64,000 nt of DNA, taken from positions 186,001 through 250,000 of the forward strand of contig JALMLS010000466.1 of the NCBI GenBank assembly GCA_038496445.1, written 5' to 3'. The position numbers were made by a program, and so were the translations under genes. Each line of letters opens with the position of its first letter. Within the stretch, counting starts at the first letter, position 1. Positions 55,758 to 64,000 of this stretch are shown here, in pieces. Origin of the DNA: Trichosphaerium sp. ATCC 40318 (Eukaryota > Protista > Tubulinea). The notes beneath the pieces are model-generated. The model was not told where the DNA came from, did not search any database, and saw only the letters and a list, made by a program, of their open reading frames with translations.

Positions 55758-58700
55758 ATGCATTGTCACGCCAATTCTGTGGCGCCGAAGGTCCCAAGTG
55801 GACCTTCGAGCGCTAGTGTATTAAACACCGAAGAATCTGAACCCAAAACTGGCTCCAAGGGCGATTTCGCTTGGAATGCCATAAACACAAATTTCGCGCT
55901 ACGAGACCACTGGCGCACCACCAGAAAACCCGTCGTGGATCGATGGCGTTCGTCTGAGATTTATGATACCCTAAATACTCCAACTGATGCTTCAGCGAAG
56001 GAGTTTTTACTTCATGATGGACCTCCGTACGCCAATGGGTCAATTCACATGGGTCACGCCCTAAACAAAGGTAAAGTAGTTCAAACAACTAGACAGTTCG
56101 TAGATTAACTTCATTTTAGTGCTAAAGGATATAATATGCAAATATGAGCGTCAAGCCGGTAAAACTGTGCGATTCCAAGCGGGATGGGATTGTAAGTGTA
56201 GCTTTCACTGATTTTTTTTAAGCCTTACATTTTGTTTTAAGGTCATGGTCTTCCAATCGAATTAGCGACTTTGAAACAATCCGACAATTCTCAAGAACCT
56301 TTTATAAAGCGTTGTCGAGATACTGCGCACCGCTGGAGTAATACTCAACGCGATGAATTCGTCACATTGGGTGTAATGGCCGATTTTTTCAGAAAAGATG
56401 GTTGTTATCACACAGACGATCCAAAATACCAAGCTCATGTCGTTCGTTCATTCGGGACCTTCTTGCGCAAAGGATACCTAGAACGAAAAGCAAAACCAGT
56501 ACCATGGTAAGGCGTAAACCTTGGATTTTAACAAACCTCCATCTGACATTGTTTTAAAGGTGTCCCACTTGCAAGACTGTGCTCGCTCATGCTGAAATTC
56601 AGCATAAAAATCAAAACACACCTTCTACGCTTGTTTTGTTTCAGTTCCCGGCTGAAACCTCTCAAGCTTTGTTTTCTGATGTTATAACCTGTTCGCCTCT
56701 ACCTATGGTATCTGTAATCATCTGGACGACGAGTCCTTGGTCCCTTGCGAGTACGTTTTGTCAACTAATACTTTTTTTTATGGATAATTTCTTACAATAT
56801 ATTATAGTGAACAAAGCTGTCGGTGTTAGCGCTGTTGGTATGTATGCTTTACTCAAGGTTACCATTGGAAGTAATACATACCATATTGTTGCTATAAAGT
56901 CGTGTATTCCCGAACTACAGAATCTTTTGGATGACCCTAAGGCAAGAGTGACTTTGTGTTTTACTTCTTTTTTTGTTAATTGTTTTTTAGATTGAAGTTC
57001 TTAAGGAGTTTCCGAGCTCATTTTTAGATTCACAACGTGTCTGCCATCCTCTTTTACCCGATGAAACTGTACCTATTGTTTCTTCTGAACTAGTACGTTC
57101 TACCAAAGGAACTGGTATACTTCACGTAGCTCCTGGTTGCTGTGAAGAGGTACGAGAATTTGGTTTAATATAAAAGTCTAAACTTTTTTTCTAGGACTAC
57201 AAGTTTGGACAGCAGTTTGACTTACCTGTCTCCTCTTACCTCGATGCGGATTGTCGCTTCTCTTGTGATGCTAAACCTGCACTTCTATCTGGGTTATCGA
57301 TCGTTGAAGCCGATTTACGGGTGTTGGAATACTTGAAGAGCGAAAATAGACTTCTTTACAGTAGTTCTGATAAACACCCGTATCCTCATTGCTCTCGATG
57401 TTGCGATGCTATATACTATCGTGTGAAATCACAATGGTTTATTGATTTGAATCATGACGACCTTCTGAAGAAGGCTATAAGTACCGTAGAAAAGAAAGTA
57501 AAATTCATTCCTACAAAAGCCAAGAAAGCTTTCTTGTCATCAATTCGTTCAAGACCTAAGGCTTGGTGTATATCACGCCAGAGAAAGTGGGGTACGTTGA
57601 CTTTGTTTTATAGTTTTCAGAGTTCTATCGTTGTTCTGACGTTTAACTTGAAGGTGTACCTATTCCTGCTTTAGTTTGCACTCATTGTGATATCGCATAT
57701 TCGAGTTCTGAACTTGTCGAATATGCTGCGACTTGTGTTGAAAAGCACGGCGTTGAAGGATGGTCTCATGATGTTTCTACGTTTCTTGAAGGTGCTTGTG
57801 GTACGTGTCTTGGTAATATTTTGTGTTTGCTCAGAAGGAATGATTGTTTGAGGCTTACTTCTTGTTAGCTTGTGGAGTTATTGACAAAGACTTTTTATGT
57901 TCGGAGTGCTGGAGTTCTAAGCACTTGGCTGTTGGTCGCGATATCCTAGATATATGGTTTGACTCTGGTGTATCTAGTTCTTTCCTATACGGTAATAAGA
58001 CACCTGATATCATTGTTGAAGGTCATGATGTACGTAAAACATTAATGGTTTTGGTTATGCTTTCTGGTTTTTTTCTGATTTTTTGTTTTCTCTTTTTAGC
58101 AATATCGTGGATGGTTTCAGTCATCTTTATTTGCTTCAATGGTCCTTCAAGATCGTCCACTTGCTAAAACTGTCATGGTTCATGGTTTTGTATTGGATGA
58201 AAACAGACAAAAGATGTCAAAGTCTTCTAATAATGGATTATCTCCTACTGATTACCATAGGTACGTTTTCTTGGTTTCGCTGCGCTTTTACTGCTTTAAG
58301 TTCTTATGTTATTTGTTAGTGATGTAATACGTATGTTTGCTGCTATGTCTAAACCTGGTAGCGATGTTATTTGGTCTAAACACATGTACAGAACATATGG
58401 TATGTTGTTTCCTTGTTTTTTTCTTCTTTTTTTTTTTTGGTTGTTGTTTCCTTCGTTCTTATTTCTTTTTTTTAAGGTAAAAAGTATATTTTCCTACGGT
58501 CCACATTCTGGTATATGCTTTCAAATCTATCAGACTTTGATTTCTCAAAAGATGGCGTCAAGGAAGATTCAATGACCAAGTTTGATCTTTATGCTCTTCA
58601 GTCCCTTCATAAAGTATCACAATCCATGCTCAAGTACGTCATATATAGTACAGAACATACAAATACATGAATACTTATTTTATGTGACCATTAGAGCCTA

Positions 58701-59536
58701 CAAGAAGTATGATTTCGGTCAAGTTTGTAAATTGCTTGCAACGTATTTCCAAACACTCCGAACTGGTTTTCTTACGATTAAGAAACCTTTACTCTACCTT
58801 GAGAAACCTTCACACCCACTGAGGTACATTTACACACAAATAACATGTTGGAATTCCAACACGTGTTTCTTATAAATTGTCACGTGATATTTACTTTTTT
58901 TTTTTTAGAAGAGCATCACAGACTGTTCTTTATAAGATTATTATCACAATGTCTTCTATTATTTCTCCTATACTCTCTTTTCTTGGTGAAGAAGTTATAT
59001 CTACTTTGATGAAAGGAAAAAAATCATTGAAAGATTCCCCTCTTTTATCTCGATTTGTTGTTGCTCCTTCTGTCTTATCTCCAAGTGATTTTGTTGTACG
59101 TTATTATAAGGGTTTTATAATATGTTTTAAGCATGTACTGACGCTGTTTGCTTAGCCTTGGAGCAAGATCATGAAGCATCGTATGCAAGTTTATAAAGCT
59201 TTGAATGGTGCTTGCACTCAAAAAATAATTAAACGTTATGGATATACACATGTCGTTTTTAAGCTTAATACGAAAGCAAAGGATTATTCTGATGTTTATA
59301 AGCTTATTAATGATACTTCTGTTAATATGGGGGTCACTGATGAAGAGTTTTTGGCTAATTTGTTTGGTGTTTCATGTGTTTCTTTTGAAGCTGTTGATTG
59401 CTCTTCTAAGCTTCTATTTGACGACTTGAAAATGCTTCCTCCGAAGGGACATTTATGTTCTCGTTGTGATAAGTATGTAGACATTGTATGTGAAACCACA
59501 TCATTGTGTACAACATGTGAGTACCAATTAAAATAA
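55758..59536 (+). CDS. IARS2: Isoleucyl-tRNA synthetase, bacterial/mitochondrial type, divergent
   Basis: [75 protein letters not shown]-terminal CSRC...CTTC. Confidence 0.9.
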
Positions 59537-59927
59537 ATCAACATTCTCGTTTCAATTAAATCGCCTCTTGATTTTTTGATCAAACAATTCTAACCACCAG
59601 TGTATTGCGTACAGCCCTTACCAAAAGAGCTCGTAAGATACGAGAGTGTAATGATTTTCTTGCAAAAAAGTTAAAAGTACCTTCAACAAAAACACATTGT
59701 ACCAATAACGCCCGGCTATTCACATAGAGAACGCTTCGTTGGTTAATCGTTGTACAGGAATGACGTGGTCTTAGTTTGTAGTATGAGACAACATTGAAAC
59801 GTGGCACGTGCAAGAATTACGCAAGACATAAATACGTGGAAAAAGCCAAGCACACATCAAGATAAGACACGTGTTTATTATAATTACAGGGTGTCTTTTT
59901 TTTTACCGTTTTTTCTTTTGTTAGCGA

Positions 59928-62900
59928 TTAATTCTGTGTATGGAATACTTGAGTTGCTAACAATGCTTCTGCTGGTGGTTTTATAGCAAACATTTCTGTA
60001 TGACTGAACATATATTGCTGTCCTTGATCTAATAGCCACCCTATGGCATTATCCTTATTATCACCTTTGGTCTTTAGTGCATGGTGGTAGAGTGCTATAG
60101 GATAACCTGGAATAACCTAAAGAGTAAAAAAGTTACAAGACTGACAAAAACAAAATAATCTTTGCATGCTTCAAAAAAGTTCTTTTCGCGTTTTCTTGCC
60201 ATGTAGGCTTTTTAAAAAAGCATGTTACTCAAAGTTTGCTCCACCATAGTAACTCACATGCCTGCAAGGGCATTTCGAGAAAATCATAATATTTTAAAGA
60301 GCGTCTTGTGGGGAAACAAAAATTGTTTTTTTTTTGGATAAAAGACTTGCTGAAGGAATTGTAGTGTTGTTAACGTACCATTGCTATTTCAGCACCAAGA
60401 TCCCATCTCTTTATATCTTTAAGTTCTTCTTCCTTCTTTGGATCAACAAATGATGGTATATCAAGTTTTTTATCAGGATCAAGCTTCTGAAGTAATAAAA
60501 CTACTCTTTGAACAAGTTCATATAATTTATCAAAATGACCTGCTGTCTTTGATAGTTTATCATCTTCAAGCCATTTCTAAGAAACTCTTAAGAATACAAA
60601 TAACATCAATAGACATACGTATAGTGTTTTAACAATATAATCACGTCTTAGAGTGAAGTGAACCTTGATGACGTCCTCAAAACCCTAAAAGTAAAAAAAA
60701 AGTTAAATCCAATTCGCAAAAAGTTGTTGGGGTTTTTTTTCTGCTGTGCGTACTTTAGGTGGATTCTCTAGCATGTCAATCATGGCCCAACGTACTAAAA
60801 AGATTATTAAGATCAATTAAAGGCGAAAAAACAACAAAGGAATGAACTGAGGAGTAAGCACTTACTTGTAGCACATTTTATCTTTTCGTTGTATGCTCTA
60901 TTTGCAGCATCACCTGTAGGTGTTCCCATTGAACTCTCATAACCAGGCTCGTTAAAGTAAGGTTGCTCCACAAGTATAAGAGATTGTATAGATACAAGGA
61001 CTTGTAGTAATGTAGATGTGGAAGGGTTCCACTTTTCGTTTGGACCACCTCTCCATGTTCCAAGAAGTGATAAACAGACTTTACCACAATTGTACAGATT
61101 TGGATTAAACCGCACTGTACCGTTTCCAGTTGTTTCCAAATTTACAAGTGGCGCAGTATCTGGGTATGTCGACGGGCAGTACACATCAAAGATGAAGCAA
61201 CCACTGTCATAAGCTGTAAAAAAAGGAAGATTAGTAAAAGGACTAAAATACCAAAAAAGAAAAACAAGTAAGGTTGACATACGTGTATCTTCTGGACCTG
61301 TGATGATGAACTTCATTACATCCATACGCTCACTATCAACACGCATAAATACAGAAGATGCTGTGTACAATGGCATCGATGTACTTAAGGAGCCTTAAAA
61401 GAAGAGTTAGTCAGACGAAAGGTTTACAAACGTCGACCAAAAACAGTTCGTACTAATTTCTTGAACCAACCGCTTCATCTTTCCAGGTGAAGCATTTGTT
61501 TCCTTCTCAATATTATTAGCATAATGATGTCCAGTGTATGTATCATTATCATCTTGCATATCAGCCTCCTAAAATCACCACTAGTGAGTTTTTGTTTTTC
61601 ATGATAAATCAAAAAACAACATCCGAAACAGAATTCTCTATTTCTAGTTCTTATGTACGTACATCGAATTGAAACTCTTTTAATGCTTTCCGATAAGCTT
61701 GTTCTTTCTCGTTCAAAACCTCTTGTCTTTCTGTTGCTTCGCCCTAAGCCAGAAAATTAAATTAAAAATAATTAAAAATACAGTGTCAAATACGTGATAA
61801 AAAACGTACGCTTGTCTTGCCTTCATCACTTCGTTGTGACTCTTCTTGAAGTCTTTGTACTTTTGTAAAGGTCTTTCTGATACATTGAGCTAATCTCTTA
61901 TCTTGTCCAGCGTCCTGTAAATCAAGCAATCAGTGACCTTTTGCTTACATAATAAAACCAGTTTAAAAACACTTACACCAGAATCATCAGAGCTCTTTGT
62001 GTCGGCAGTGTTTAGTCTCTTCAAGATTACATCTGCCATCTTTACAAGGTTTTGTAATAGCTCAAAGCATCCACTTATCATAGACCACATTTGAGGGTAC
62101 TCAGAAAATGTGTTGAGCAAGTTAAAGAGCTCATTGTAAAGCCCGTAATATCTAGACATATCAAGAATACTATCATTACGCAGCCAGCTCTTCATGCACG
62201 TTGATAAGCAAGAAGCTTCAAGCATAGAGAGAACTTGTGGAGATAGTTCAGTGTCCCTAAAAAAGGCAATTAGAGTGGTGTTATAATAAAACAACAGGTG
62301 ACGCTCACGCCGAATTCGGGGAGAAAAGCACGTACTTATTATTGGACTTAACAATAGCCGCAATGACTTGAAGCAATGTTGCTGTTTGTGCAGCTTGAGC
62401 CTTTTGTTCTTTGACATAATTATCTGCACTCCAATCTACAATAGAACATCAGTAAGAGAGCCCCAAAAAGAAGAAAAAGAAAAAGAAAATTCAAACGAAC
62501 AAAAACAATCAACGTACTTTGCGTTAAAGCATCATCAGCGCTTGTACCATAACCAGTACCCTTCGCCCAATGCTTACCATCAGAACCGGTGCCTTTATCA
62601 GGCTTCTTGATGTCTTTAGCAGGCTTCTTACGCTTTTGGAACGGAGGAAGTGGATGTCCTGCTTTTCGTAAAGTTTCTGGATCAGCATGTGAGCAAGTTG
62701 TCTGTACAGACAAGGTCTCTAGTAAGTATCCCAAGAAACCTGACTTTACTAATCCGACTTGAAGTTCATCAGACTTTGTTTTTTGCTTGAGACGTCTTTG
62801 TAGTGGGTTAAGAAGAGTAGCAAAGTTGAATAGTTCAGAGCTCTTATCAGAAGGCTTTTGAAGTGTTGCAGCAAGAGCGTTAATGAAGCCTTCAGATTGT

Positions 62901-64000
62901 AGTAGAGTATGTTGAAGTGTTTGTATATCAAATAAAAGATTCGCAGCAGTTAAGAAGTGTACTTGATTCTGTAACTGTGTAATCTTTGCTTCTGCTTTTT
63001 TATCTTTACTTGGATCTACTTGTTGTTCTGCTTCTAGCCTTGGCGTTATTGTGTCTATAAGGATCTTGAACATAAGTTTAATGCCACCCTAAGAAAGCCA
63101 GACATAAGACAAAAGAAGTACAAAAGTTTTAAGGTCCATACCTTTTCTACAAATGAAGACATGAGCTTCGAAACAATCTTGCCTAATGGCGGTCCGTTTG
63201 ATTTTGATTTCTCTGGTTTCGTTGTTGTAGGATGTAAGTATAAGTTTACTAATGGCGATTGATCTTCTGTAGGTGCTATAGATTCAATAGATGACATGTT
63301 ATCAAGTTCTTGTTCTTTTTGTGGATCAAAAGATAATGTAAAGTTCTCTGTTCCAACTGCACGTTGTATGCAAGATTGTATATGGTTCATAGTCATGAAT
63401 GAAGGGAATTTGAACACAGGTGCGGCTACTTGGTAACCAATAGCCTTAGACCAACCTATAAAAAATTATTAAACAAGCAACAACACAAAGAAAATAGTAT
63501 CCAGAAAAAGAAGAAAACTGTTATGTTTGTTATTTTTTCACTTACCAGAAAGTTGATAATCAGCCAAGTTATACGTTGTTGTCTTACTAGTATCCTTGTC
63601 ACTTGTGCCATGATTGAAACTATAATTAAAAGAAAATGATAAGTACAGGCTAAGAATAACAAAACTGTTAAAAGTAACAACTCCTAAAAGAGCTCCAAGA
63701 AGTGGAAGCACTAATGGCGTTTAGTTGGCATAGAACGTACCTAATACAATGTCCTGGATCTAACATAGATACAGCTGGATACAGTGTATTTCCTTGGAAA
63801 CCTTGAGACCTGAAAGCTACTTGAGGAGTAGATCCATTCACACCGAATGCAAGTGTATCATTTTCAAAGTCAATCTTAACTGTGACAATATCGCCTTGTT
63901 TAAGCTTATCACCATATGTCCTTGCAACACCATTATTATATACTTGTCCAGTACTAAAATAAGCCCATCCTCTAGAGCGTTTCGCTTTTTGTTGACCGAC
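59928..64000 (-). CDS. Large BIRC6/UBE2O-type ubiquitin-conjugating enzyme with upstream SPRY-like and C-terminal UBA-like domains; 5' part lies outside the window
   Basis: [68 protein letters not shown]; SPRY-like [13 protein letters not shown]...YPAVS. Confidence 0.9.

Noticed and set aside
60306-60313. CCCCACAA as another Pol III promoter
   Set aside because: TATA spacing does not fit and the predicted RNA would be only about 30 nt. Similar octamers at ~20263, ~38283 and ~50053 also lack supporting context.

Overview
Gene-dense, AT-rich eukaryotic (protist, probably amoebozoan-like) nuclear DNA with many short introns, mostly about 35-100 nt. Donors are often GTACG and a few introns are GC-AG. 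About 22 intron-split protein genes are recognisable: TRPV-like channel, Hrq1 helicase, F-box/LRR protein, Rnl2-family RNA ligase, V-ATPase subunit a, myristoylated EF-hand protein, HMCES, YTM1/WDR12, glycerol kinase, SPRY protein, Crinkler-like REase-kinase, TANGO2, Reeler plus LPMO-like protein, deiodinase-like selenoprotein with SECIS, WDR55, PTTG1IP-like protein, divergent IleRS and a BIRC6-type UBC protein. The main signals lie outside the ORF track. (1) The RNase MRP and RNase P RNA genes sit in tandem, antisense, inside a ~1 kb glycerol kinase intron. Each has a (T/A)(C/A)CCACAA element at about -65, a TATA-like element and an oligo-T terminator. (2) The same promoter architecture precedes an unannotated ~325-nt structured intergenic RNA at ~51702-52032. 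It has a boundary hairpin, a C-rich terminally redundant template-like motif (AACCCCCCTTAACC), a compact pseudoknot and a terminal stem before the T-run, making it a candidate telomerase RNA. Exon boundaries and structures were read by eye and are approximate.
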